DNA of 64,000 nucleotides. Source: an uncultured virus (IMG/VR IMGVR_UViG_3300020047_007813) (lineage: Duplodnaviria > Heunggongvirae > Uroviricota > Caudoviricetes). The stretch lies in the IMG/VR virus record IMGVR_UViG_3300020047_007813. One strand, written 5' to 3'. The notes below the pieces were generated by a model. It was not told the origin of the DNA. It was given only the letters and a program-made list of their open reading frames with translations, and did not search any database. Positions within the stretch are counted from its first letter, which is position 1; each line of letters begins with the position of its first letter. Shown here in pieces: positions 38,824-47,612 of the stretch. Position numbers and translations under genes: made by a program.

Positions 38824-39311
38824 GCAGTCCTTTATTCGATTACATTAAATGTCCCCTTCATAGATATACTTTTAAAGTAAAAAATATTCGTGAATGGACT
38901 GAAAATAATTGCGAGGGAAGAACTTTAAACCTATTTGCAGGAAGAACAAAACTAAATATTGACGAATTAAGAAATGACCTTGACGAAGAAGCATTGGCAG
39001 ATTATAGAATGGATGCAGTTGAATTTTTGAGGACTTGGAAAGGAGAAAAATTTGATACGGTATTACTTGACCCTCCGTATGCTTTTCGTAAAAGTATGGA
39101 AATGTACAAAGGGATAAAATGCAGTCCCTTTAAGCAAATGAAAGACGAAGTTGTAAATGTTTTAAAGCCAAATGGGAAAGTAATAACTTTTGGTTATCAT
39201 TCAAATACAATGGGAGCAAATAGAGGTTTTAAAGTTGAGAAGATTGCTTTATTTTCTCACGGTGGAGCAATTCACGATACAATAGCTTCTGTTGAACGGT
39301 GGTGTCTTTAG
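38766..39311 (+). CDS. cassette 5: small amino (N6A/N4C) DNA methyltransferase
   Basis: LNLFAG and LLDPPY motifs. Confidence 0.75.
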   Translation: MQETLNLDQTPPLHKTSVSGSPLFDYIKCPLHRYTFKVKNIREWTENNCEGRTLNLFAGRTKLNIDELRNDLDEEALADYRMDAVEFLRTWKGEKFDTVLLDPPYAFRKSMEMYKGIKCSPFKQMKDEVVNVLKPNGKVITFGYHSNTMGANRGFKVEKIALFSHGGAIHDTIASVERWCL

Positions 39312-39375
39312 GATTGCCACTAACTACTATATGTATTTTAAACCATAAAACTTAACAATAACAACTATTACAGAC
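39310..39375 (+). other. attI-like terminal site
   Basis: AGGATTGCCACTAAC core, complementary to the cassette 5 GTT core, followed by AT-rich DNA with no hairpin and then the recombinase ATG. Confidence 0.55.
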
Positions 39376-40212
39376 ATGAACATCGGAAACTACATCAAAC
39401 TTTATTCCGAAGATTTAAGGCTTAAAAACTATGCTGAATCTTCAATTGAAAACTATTGCTCACAAGTAGCTTTATTTTTATCTGACCATGAAAAAGTTGC
39501 TACTAAACCGAGTGAAATTTCGGAACGCCAAATAAAAGAGTGGCTACTTAAAGCAAATACTATTAATAGCCGGAAGCATAGATTATCAGCCGTTAAGTTA
39601 TTTTATAAACTCACAGGACACCAACCAATGAAGTTTAGATATATTGAATATCCAAAGGCGGATAAGAAGTTACCAATAGTACTTTCTGTTGATGAAATTC
39701 AACGAATGTTTAATGTGTGCGAAAACAAAAAGCATAAGGTGATTCTTGCATTGCTTTACTCTTGCTCGTTAAGAGTTAGCGAATTAATAAACCTACGATG
39801 GAAGGATATTGACCGGAGCCGAATGATTATAAATATTATCCAGGCAAAAGGAAATAAAGATCGTCAAGTTGGATTAAACGACAAACTGATCCAATTGCTA
39901 ACGGATTATTGGAATGAGTATAAATCAAAAGAGTATGTTTTGAATGGGCAATCATCAATTCAATATTCGGAAAGAAGTGTTGGTGAAGTTATGAAACAAT
40001 TAGCCGCAAAATCCGGCATTGAAAATAAAAGAATTTACACGCATTTATTGCGACACACATCAGCTACGCACATGGTTGAAAATGGTGTTGATATTGCTTT
40101 AATACAAAAGTTGTTAGGTCATTCATCAGCTAAGACCACTGCTATCTACACTCACATCAGCCACAATCATATTTCAAAAATCAATAGTCCTTTAAATTCT
40201 ATTCAATTATGA
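39376..40212 (+). CDS. tyrosine recombinase (XerD/IntI-like, N-terminal SAM-like domain)
   Basis: SLRVSE, AKGNKDR, HLLRH, LLGH, TTAIY catalytic motifs. Confidence 0.9.
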   Translation: MNIGNYIKLYSEDLRLKNYAESSIENYCSQVALFLSDHEKVATKPSEISERQIKEWLLKANTINSRKHRLSAVKLFYKLTGHQPMKFRYIEYPKADKKLPIVLSVDEIQRMFNVCENKKHKVILALLYSCSLRVSELINLRWKDIDRSRMIINIIQAKGNKDRQVGLNDKLIQLLTDYWNEYKSKEYVLNGQSSIQYSERSVGEVMKQLAAKSGIENKRIYTHLLRHTSATHMVENGVDIALIQKLLGHSSAKTTAIYTHISHNHISKINSPLNSIQL

Positions 40213-40514
40213 AAAATTTAATCATTGCCTTATGCTTTATGGCAACATCTTTAAAAGCACAAACCGTTTTAATTAACGGTCAACAGTACCAGCAAAATGA
40301 TACGGCTGTGATAGTCACCACCTATGCTGACGTAACGGTTACTTCACCTGCGTCCGTTGATGCCGTTAGAATTTACTATGTTGGTGCAAATTCGTACTAT
40401 GCGCCAAACTTCACCGAGCAGTTTATGGTAACACAAAAGCCTAAGTTGTTCCGGGTGTATTGGCGAATCAATGGGGTTTGGTCTGACCCTTATAGAGTAT
40501 ACTTAAAAAGATAA
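40209..40514 (+). CDS. secreted hypothetical protein
   Basis: Signal peptide MKNLIIALCFMATSLKA|Q. Confidence 0.55.
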   Translation: MKNLIIALCFMATSLKAQTVLINGQQYQQNDTAVIVTTYADVTVTSPASVDAVRIYYVGANSYYAPNFTEQFMVTQKPKLFRVYWRINGVWSDPYRVYLKR

Positions 40515-40517
40515 GAT

Positions 40518-40955
40518 TTAGCGTGACTTATTAAAAAGATGGCCGTTATCCTTGTAAAACTTGATGATATTTTCGTCAATCTTCTGGAACCGATCATCTG
40601 TCTTTTGAAACCTATCTGCTATCATCTTGTTGAACTCGGATTGATTGTCTATTATTCGTTTCATGTCAGTATTTTGACGCTCCCATTGCTCCTCAGCTCT
40701 TGCCATGAATCCATTTTGCGTAGTGCTGATTTCTATCAATGAGCTGGTCACGCCTTGATGCGTTTCCTCGATTGCAGTGACTTTCATTTTTAGTGATGCG
40801 ATTTCATTAGTGTTGCTTTCAATCTTGTTGTCCATCCCCTTTAGCGTGGATATAATAAGGTAATAAATTCCTGCGCCCGATATAATTAATCCGGCTACTA
40901 TTCCAATATATTTGATTATTTCGTCAATTGTAAATATTACTTGCTGTTCGTGCAT
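40518..40955 (-). CDS. membrane-anchored coiled-coil protein (lysis-module candidate)
   Basis: N-terminal TM segment followed by a coiled coil. Confidence 0.5.
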   Translation of the reverse strand: MHEQQVIFTIDEIIKYIGIVAGLIISGAGIYYLIISTLKGMDNKIESNTNEIASLKMKVTAIEETHQGVTSSLIEISTTQNGFMARAEEQWERQNTDMKRIIDNQSEFNKMIADRFQKTDDRFQKIDENIIKFYKDNGHLFNKSR

Positions 40956-41470
40956 AAAAGCGGCTTTATTTCCTTAATTGTTTTTACTATTTGTTCGCCT
41001 TCGTTTGGCGTTAATTCGTGATCATGACTAAAGGCAACAACCAGGCAACCTTCGCTAATGCTTTTATTTATCCGGTACTTAAATGATGTTTTAACATTTA
41101 TTGTGTTGTGAAGCCTTTTTATATCATCCTTGCTATTCTTGTCTACTGTTGTAAAACCTTTTTGTTCTAATTCTAACAGCATAGGTAAGCATGGCGTACT
41201 GTTTATATCCTTAAATGACTTTTGAATCTCAGGTGTGCCAATACTTACGCTCTCATATAGCATTGTCGCCCCATCGTCAATATAGTTTATAATCGCAACC
41301 CTGTTAGCGCCTATATCTTCACGAAGTGAATCCAGGTGATCTTTAATGGACACTTTAGCTTTCAGCACCTTTACACTTGACTTCTTGCTTTTTCTTTGGG
41401 CCAAATAAATGTTTAGGTTATGCCCTAAAAAAGCAATCACCATACCCACCATAACGCTAATTAAATTCAT
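40937..41470 (-). CDS. putative T4 T-like holin (TM plus GAF-like domain)
   Basis: Likely start MNLISV at 41470 (ATGA overlap); TM segment, then GANRVAII...YESV. Confidence 0.45.
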   Translation of the reverse strand: MNLISVMVGMVIAFLGHNLNIYLAQRKSKKSSVKVLKAKVSIKDHLDSLREDIGANRVAIINYIDDGATMLYESVSIGTPEIQKSFKDINSTPCLPMLLELEQKGFTTVDKNSKDDIKRLHNTINVKTSFKYRINKSISEGCLVVAFSHDHELTPNEGEQIVKTIKEIKPLLCTNSK

Positions 41471-41652
41471 ACTTTTTTCTTTATGTAATTTTTCGTATTG
41501 CTTGAAAACCGGCATACAATAATGCCCATGCCAGTTATAATTCCACCCACTCCAATTGCATAATCTTTCTGTATTACAGAGATGACACCCAGCGCAATGG
41601 TATTTACGCCACCCCAAAATATTTTTGATTTAAAGACTGACTTCCGTATCAT
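41467..41652 (-). CDS. small two-TM holin-like protein
   Basis: FKSKIFW, two hydrophobic segments, basic C-terminus. Confidence 0.5.
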   Translation of the reverse strand: MIRKSVFKSKIFWGGVNTIALGVISVIQKDYAIGVGGIITGMGIIVCRFSSNTKNYIKKKV

Positions 41653-42079
41653 ATCCGTTTATAAATATTTTCATTAACTCAACACATTCCTCATCTTCTT
41701 TGTCAAACCCTTTAAAAGCCTTTTCGCCAGGCGAAAACATATCCCAATCCACTTTTCGTATAACATCTTTGCATTCGGACTTATTAAATTCCTTTATTTT
41801 CTTTTTTAACTCAATGGTGCCGGCTTCATCAAATAAGTACCCGGTTGCATCCTTTAGGATTTCACCCTTTTCACCTTTCAAACAAAGTTTTAACCGGATA
41901 TTGTCAACCTCATCGTTATACTCGGCTGCCCAATCTTGAAAGGACTTCATAGTTTTTACCATTTTTCTCTGAACTGGAGTGTCAATTGAAACTGCTTTTT
42001 TGTCCTCGCCAACTTTTACAAAGGCGTTCATGAACGCTGTTGCTAATTGTGCTGCTTGTTCTACTTGTTTATGTGTCAT
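41630..42079 (-). CDS. hypothetical protein (possible tail assembly chaperone)
   Basis: 149 aa, helical; TACATTTG box at 42084-42091. Confidence 0.4.
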   Translation of the reverse strand: MTHKQVEQAAQLATAFMNAFVKVGEDKKAVSIDTPVQRKMVKTMKSFQDWAAEYNDEVDNIRLKLCLKGEKGEILKDATGYLFDEAGTIELKKKIKEFNKSECKDVIRKVDWDMFSPGEKAFKGFDKEDEECVELMKIFINGYDTEVSL

Positions 42080-42091
42080 AATGCAAATGTA

Positions 42092-43132
42092 TTATTTGTA
42101 ACTAATTATTGATGATGGAAAATTTAATATAGCCTGCACTTGAACTTCAATCCATTGCAACGATTGGCCTTTGCCAACTCTTAACGCTTGTCTAAAACTT
42201 GTTTCATCACAATTGTTTCCGCAAGGTACACCATATTTTGATTGGTTAGTTTGGGCGCAGGTTTTTAAACCCAAATTGTTGATGTAATTAACCATTTTTC
42301 CGTTGCCATCGGCTGCTAATGACGTGTGCTTGAACACATACCTTGCAGGGCTTCCGCTTTCCATGCAAATACGCAATATGCGCTCATTGATATTGATAGT
42401 ATCACAATTGACTCCGCCATTAGATGCAGTGTCACAAATGATAGGAAATTGATTATTAGTCATCATGTCAAATACAATCAACTTTGTCGGGAACGCTTCA
42501 ATATAAGCTCGTCTGAAAACATTAAAGGCATTTAAAACTTTTCGTGAAGTATAGCCATAACGCTTCCATTCTTCTGGCGCATTGGTAATATCAGGATTGT
42601 CGCCAACATCAGGTAGCTTTAATTCTAAAGTTGTAGTGCCTATTGCTCCATAGCCTATACCGATAATTATATTTTGATAGTCAGGGCTTGAATTTACAAA
42701 TCGCTTCATTTCTTGAATAAATCCTAAACAATATTCTTGATAAGTAGAATCCCAAGGCAACGGAATGGCAACATCGTATAGCTTTCCATCCCCCTGATGC
42801 CTTAAATCTGTAAAGTAGGCAACATTTGGAGCGCAGTCATCCTTTACCCACTCGGCAACTTTTGAATTAAGCACAATGCTTAAAATTGCCTTTTTATTAT
42901 ACCGCTTACAGTTAGCTAATTCTGCTTGTACCGTTGACCAATTGTATCTGCCCGGTGCCGGGTTGATAAAGCCTGAATAGCAAGCAATATTAATCGTTTC
43001 GATGTTCTTAAACTTGTAAACGTCAACCGTTGTCGGCTTATTCCATAGCGTCCAACAAGTCAATGATTGTGCTTTTGCTGCGAAAGCAGCTACCACCAAG
43101 CATAGGGATAGTATTGATTTTCTAATTTTCAT
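42092..43132 (-). CDS. secreted glycoside-hydrolase-like TIM-barrel protein
   Basis: Signal peptide ...AAKA|Q; INPAPGRYNWS, IPLPWDSTY; resembles the N-domain of 7842-10406. Confidence 0.55.
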   Translation of the reverse strand: MKIRKSILSLCLVVAAFAAKAQSLTCWTLWNKPTTVDVYKFKNIETINIACYSGFINPAPGRYNWSTVQAELANCKRYNKKAILSIVLNSKVAEWVKDDCAPNVAYFTDLRHQGDGKLYDVAIPLPWDSTYQEYCLGFIQEMKRFVNSSPDYQNIIIGIGYGAIGTTTLELKLPDVGDNPDITNAPEEWKRYGYTSRKVLNAFNVFRRAYIEAFPTKLIVFDMMTNNQFPIICDTASNGGVNCDTININERILRICMESGSPARYVFKHTSLAADGNGKMVNYINNLGLKTCAQTNQSKYGVPCGNNCDETSFRQALRVGKGQSLQWIEVQVQAILNFPSSIISYK

Positions 43133-43361
43133 TGTATTTTGTGTTAATGTAATCGTTTATTTGATTGTTGTAATCAGCCAAAATCTGAAAGCCTGTTTTG
43201 TTCAGATTACTTGTTGCTGTAAAGGATTCCGTTAAAGAAAACCCTTTTGTATCGCCATCAATTCCAACATAGATTTGAAATTTCTGAACTATGTCTCCTG
43301 TCGTTAAATTGATAGCTGGAGTGTCGTCTTGTACTTTTGAAAGAATAATGTAGTTTATCAT
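43122..43361 (-). CDS. small tail-fibre-associated protein
   Basis: 79 aa after the fibre genes. Confidence 0.4.
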   Translation of the reverse strand: MINYIILSKVQDDTPAINLTTGDIVQKFQIYVGIDGDTKGFSLTESFTATSNLNKTGFQILADYNNQINDYINTKYNEN

Positions 43362-43363
43362 GA

Positions 43364-44221
43364 TTAATTAGTTTGTTGATAGAAACATACCGAACCTGCC
43401 TTTGCTACAATTGCTGAACTTGACACTTCACTTGCAAATCTTGCAATAAACGTTCCGTCAGCCGAAGGTATAAAATATCCTTCCATTACTGCCATGTTAT
43501 TACCTGTTGCCGCTGATGTGGCGTTACTTGCTGCTGGAAGGTCGAATCCTTGTACATTAGCATTCCTTGTTGTTGTAGTTGTAGTCAATGAGTATTCACT
43601 TTTCATTGATAAATTAGCTGCCGTTCCTGCGGAACAGTTTACACCCCACCTGCTACCTGTTGTAGTTGCCGCTGCGGTGTAGTAAATTATAAACTTAAAC
43701 CAATACAACTTACCAGCAGTTACCGAAAAACTCAATCCTGTAACATCTGCTATTGTATTAGCTACTGCATTGTTGTTTGTAACATCACTTCCTAAAACAA
43801 CTGCCGTTATTCCACTTGTCGAAGCATTTGCACCTTGATTTATAGATTGCTTAACTGCTCCTGTGCTTGCAAATACTTGAAAGCCTACACCTTCTTGATA
43901 CTGTAATCGTTCTGTTGTTGCTAAAGTAACTTTACATAAAATGTATTCTGTTCCATTAGCATCTAATTTTACAGTCACAACTGCATTTACAGTGTCTTTA
44001 TTGTAAATAGAAATGAAATCAATCAACCTTTGTGTACTTGATGCTGGTGCAGGCGCAATAGTAACATCTGTTGTATTATTTGTTGTTGTAACTGTTCTTC
44101 CAGCTTCAAATGTTGTCGAAGTCCTGTCTCTCCATGATGCCATACATTCTAACTGATTGGTAGTTATTGCGCCACCTAATACTACTTGAAGATTATCTGT
44201 TGTTTGACTTAGTGCTATCAT
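43364..44221 (-). CDS. tail fibre/spike protein
   Basis: T/A-rich; N-terminus homologous to that of 44229-46757. Confidence 0.6.
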   Translation of the reverse strand: MIALSQTTDNLQVVLGGAITTNQLECMASWRDRTSTTFEAGRTVTTTNNTTDVTIAPAPASSTQRLIDFISIYNKDTVNAVVTVKLDANGTEYILCKVTLATTERLQYQEGVGFQVFASTGAVKQSINQGANASTSGITAVVLGSDVTNNNAVANTIADVTGLSFSVTAGKLYWFKFIIYYTAAATTTGSRWGVNCSAGTAANLSMKSEYSLTTTTTTRNANVQGFDLPAASNATSAATGNNMAVMEGYFIPSADGTFIARFASEVSSSAIVAKAGSVCFYQQTN

Positions 44222-44228
44222 TATTTTT

Positions 44229-46757
44229 TTATATTAAACCTTCTACTTGTTGTTGTGTTAGTCCACCACTTGGCGTTTGCCATGTTGCTGCTGTTGAACT
44301 TGTTGCTGTTAAAACTTGACCGATTGATGGTGCGGTTGCTGCACTTACATCAACTTCTGTTGTTGCTGACTTTAACAATCTTGCTGTCAAAGTGTTATTC
44401 GTGCCTGTCATTGTCTTGTTAGTCAATGTTTGGGCAAAGTCAACCATTGCAAAGGTATCTGTTGTCGTTAACAAAGGAATGTTTAAAGTCCTGTCTGCTG
44501 CAAGGTTAGCCGCTGTAATGTTGTAGCCAAATGTTCCACCCGCGTTATATAGTTTAAATATACCACTACCCGAAAATCCACCTGCCGCTAATCCTGCAAC
44601 GCTAAAGTCTAAAAAAGTTCCATTCAACCACATTCCTGTATTTACCGTTCCATTGAACGCATAGGTTGGTGTTGCTACCGCACCTGCTGCTCTACGCATT
44701 GTAAATGAATTTGTGGTTACACTGTTTATTGCTGTTGATGAAAACCTATATCTTGCAGCACCGCCTGTTACTAAACCTAATTCATTGGCAACTGGCATAT
44801 AAAAACCTAAATCAACTGCGCCTATTCCGATTGTTGGTAAAGCCGCTGTTCCTGCACCTAATAAAGATAATTGGCTATTTGAGTTATCCCAAACTAAGTT
44901 TGCACTTTCACTAACTACATTTACTGCACCTTCAAATAGTATTCTGCTTGCCGTTCCACTTGTTATAGTAGTTGAACCAACTATAATTGTAGATGCTGGC
45001 GCACTTGTTAAATATCCTACATCATTAGTCCATTGGCTAATCAATCCTGATTTATTAGTTAGTGTAGCTGTTGAAATATCTGTTAAAATTGATTCGCCAT
45101 TATATTTAAAATCACTTGTGCCATAAAAATAAATACAGCCGTTATCATCATCAATAATAAACCTTGTTCCATTTCCTAAAATATCGGCATCGCCCAATTC
45201 AGTTATATTTGTTCCAGAATGATTTAAGTGTAACTTTGATTTACTGCTACCTAATAATTCAAGTCCTGTTCCGAAAGAACCTAATATGTAACTTCCATTT
45301 ATAACAGCCGTTTGAATACCTGTTGTAAATTCTTGAATGGTTGTTGTTGCACCAATAGTAGTTCCTAATTCGTTTAGATAAACATTAGTATCTAATGCCC
45401 ATGTTCCTGCACCTGTCTTTTTTAAGAATGATGTGCTTGCAAATCCTAAAGCTGCTATTGCTGTTAAGTCTGCATCTATTGGTTGCCATAAAGCATCATA
45501 AGCAGCATCAATGTTTATTACTGGTGTTGCACCGCCTGTTGATGTTATTCTGTTGACTGTACCTGAAACTGACGTTACTGTGCCCGCCCCTACCGTTGCC
45601 CAACTCAAAGTAGAAACGCCTAAAACTGGCAAACTTGCCGATAGCACTTGCCCCGCTGTTGGGTCGGTAATCGGTAAAATGTAGGTAATATCAGTATTTG
45701 GAAAAGTAGGTGCTGTTACTCCTGATTTTAAAGTTAGTGTGTTGGCGTTTATGGCGTTTTTAAACACCAATGTTCCATCTGCCACTCCTGCCAAACCTAC
45801 GTTTACATCACCGCTGTCCATAGATACCTGAACGCCTGTGCCAAACTGAAATACATTGCTTACAATTGTGTATATAGTATTTAAAGATGCTTGTTCGTAA
45901 AAATTAAAAACTCCACTACCATCTGTAAATGCTTCAAAAACACTTCCGCCACCACCGTTAAATAATATCTTGTCTCCTGACGAAACATTTATGTCGTAGC
46001 CTAATGTAAAATCACCATAGCTTAAAACGCTTTGCAGGTTTTGCGAACCCGAACTTGCCGATGCCCACTTTAATCCTGTAGCTGTAGTACTATCGGCTGT
46101 TAATACTTGTCCGTTTGTTCCTACGGCTAATCTTATGTCGGTTGTGCTAAACGTGAATAAATCACCTTTGGTGGTTAGTGGGGATGTAATATAATTCGCG
46201 TCATTGGTCCATTGGCTTATTAATCCCGTTTTATTACTAACGACTTGTGCCCCGGTTAAAGTTAGTACTATAGATGGGTCTATATCAAATGTTATCGGAA
46301 CACTGCCGTCAAAAGAGCCTCCAAGCAAACCTGTGCCAGCGGTTAATGGAAATGTGGTTACGCCTACTGACAATGCGATTACTACGGTCTTAATATTGCC
46401 GTATTTATCCATAACCTTCCAACCATCTGCATGGGTGTAGATTAATTGGTCACCTGCATCTAACTGCACAATAACAATAGAGGTTTCTACGCCTGTATCT
46501 TTAAATACTCTTACTGTTTTAGCTGTGGTGTCAGTGTTTAAAATCTGAACGGTGTCTATATCTCTGATCGTGCCTGATGTCGGAGCATCGCAAATCGGCA
46601 CTGCGGCAGTGTCGTCAGTAACGCTTTCTTGGGAGTTGCCATTGTATGTAGCGCCCAACTTATCGCTATAAGAAACTATTACCGGTAATTGGTTTGTGGT
46701 TACAGCTCCCGTAAGCTGCACTTTTAATGTTGATATAGAAGTGTTAAGTCTTAGCAT
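44229..46757 (-). CDS. tail fibre protein
   Basis: LTTKGDL..RLAVGTNGQVLTADS, GTVTSVSG, DADLTAIAAL, QTLTNKT fibre motifs; repeated ISQWTND. Confidence 0.75.
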   Translation of the reverse strand: MLRLNTSISTLKVQLTGAVTTNQLPVIVSYSDKLGATYNGNSQESVTDDTAAVPICDAPTSGTIRDIDTVQILNTDTTAKTVRVFKDTGVETSIVIVQLDAGDQLIYTHADGWKVMDKYGNIKTVVIALSVGVTTFPLTAGTGLLGGSFDGSVPITFDIDPSIVLTLTGAQVVSNKTGLISQWTNDANYITSPLTTKGDLFTFSTTDIRLAVGTNGQVLTADSTTATGLKWASASSGSQNLQSVLSYGDFTLGYDINVSSGDKILFNGGGGSVFEAFTDGSGVFNFYEQASLNTIYTIVSNVFQFGTGVQVSMDSGDVNVGLAGVADGTLVFKNAINANTLTLKSGVTAPTFPNTDITYILPITDPTAGQVLSASLPVLGVSTLSWATVGAGTVTSVSGTVNRITSTGGATPVINIDAAYDALWQPIDADLTAIAALGFASTSFLKKTGAGTWALDTNVYLNELGTTIGATTTIQEFTTGIQTAVINGSYILGSFGTGLELLGSSKSKLHLNHSGTNITELGDADILGNGTRFIIDDDNGCIYFYGTSDFKYNGESILTDISTATLTNKSGLISQWTNDVGYLTSAPASTIIVGSTTITSGTASRILFEGAVNVVSESANLVWDNSNSQLSLLGAGTAALPTIGIGAVDLGFYMPVANELGLVTGGAARYRFSSTAINSVTTNSFTMRRAAGAVATPTYAFNGTVNTGMWLNGTFLDFSVAGLAAGGFSGSGIFKLYNAGGTFGYNITAANLAADRTLNIPLLTTTDTFAMVDFAQTLTNKTMTGTNNTLTARLLKSATTEVDVSAATAPSIGQVLTATSSTAATWQTPSGGLTQQQVEGLI

Positions 46758-46759
46758 GT

Positions 46760-46960
46760 TTAGTTGTTATTTGCATAAGCCCAAATGTCAGATGACATGC
46801 TGCTATTAATTAAAACCCACTCGTTTCCTAATGATAGATATTGTGCAGGGGTAACATAGTCTATAAATACCGTACCTTTTAACTTGAAAGGCTGGGGTCG
46901 CTCATCTGGCTTGCCGTATATTATAGGATTTTCCATATAGCCATATATTAGTTGTGCCAA
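46760..46960 (-). CDS. hypothetical protein
   Basis: ~60 aa; start codon uncertain. Confidence 0.4.
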   Translation of the reverse strand: MAQLIYGYMENPIIYGKPDERPQPFKLKGTVFIDYVTPAQYLSLGNEWVLINSSMSSDIWAYANNN

Positions 46961-46975
46961 ATGTAACTATATTTG
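46958..46975. promoter_or_regulatory. back-to-back Bacteroidota-type -7 boxes
   Basis: TACATTTG (minus, 46958-46965) and TATATTTG (plus, 46968-46975) at the strand switch. Confidence 0.55.
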
Positions 46976-46991
46976 TCAAAAATCCTCAAAA

Positions 46992-47612
46992 ATGAAACAG
47001 ATAAATAATTTAGTATTAATTAAGCCTGACCTCGGGCATTACAACAACATAACCCTATCCAATGGAGTTGTGCTATTCAATGATGTTACATGGGAAAAGG
47101 AGCAGCATGCATGTACTTCAGGAACAGTTGTCGGCTTGCCTGACCGTGTGCGTTACCCAAAGCCATACAACGGCAAGTTGGAAATAGAGATTGGTGACGA
47201 GGTTATTTTTAACTACCTTGACTATAGCAACTGTAAGTCCAATGGTAGTATTGATAAAGATGGCAATATGTTTTTGCCCTACGACTACCTTTACCTGGCG
47301 ATTAGAAAAGGGGAAATAAAAATGCTCAACGGCTTTATCGTTGTTGAGGGGATTAAGGATGATCGCGATAAAACAGAAGGGGGTATATACCTTCCTGAGA
47401 TGTCAAAAAAGACAAGCGAGCAATCCGGTATAGTACGCTATATTGGAGATCCGTTAGACGATGGCTTCACTTACGAGGAAATAAAAGTAGGCGACACCGT
47501 AGTTTTTGCTGAGCACCACTCCATACCGTTGCAGTATCAGATGCATCAAATCATTGACAAGGATAAAACGCTGTATAAAATTAAATGGAGTGATTTACTA
47601 GCTGTAGCATGA
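46992..47612 (+). CDS. tandem-domain GroES-like co-chaperonin
   Basis: Two GroES-like halves; KTEGGIYLPE, GIVRYIG, IKVGDTVVF, DLLAV. Confidence 0.75.
   Translation: MKQINNLVLIKPDLGHYNNITLSNGVVLFNDVTWEKEQHACTSGTVVGLPDRVRYPKPYNGKLEIEIGDEVIFNYLDYSNCKSNGSIDKDGNMFLPYDYLYLAIRKGEIKMLNGFIVVEGIKDDRDKTEGGIYLPEMSKKTSEQSGIVRYIGDPLDDGFTYEEIKVGDTVVFAEHHSIPLQYQMHQIIDKDKTLYKIKWSDLLAVA

Larger units (their letters stand above)
36046..40212 (+). mobile_element. integron-like gene-cassette array with tyrosine recombinase
   Basis: Six AAC-hairpin-GTT sites; cores complementary across each cassette; terminal hairpin-less site before the recombinase gene. Confidence 0.85.

Noticed and set aside
39376..40212. Lysogeny integrase implying a prophage
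   Set aside because: No host genes, att duplication or cI-like repressor seen. The cassette array directly upstream explains the gene better. A dual role is not excluded.
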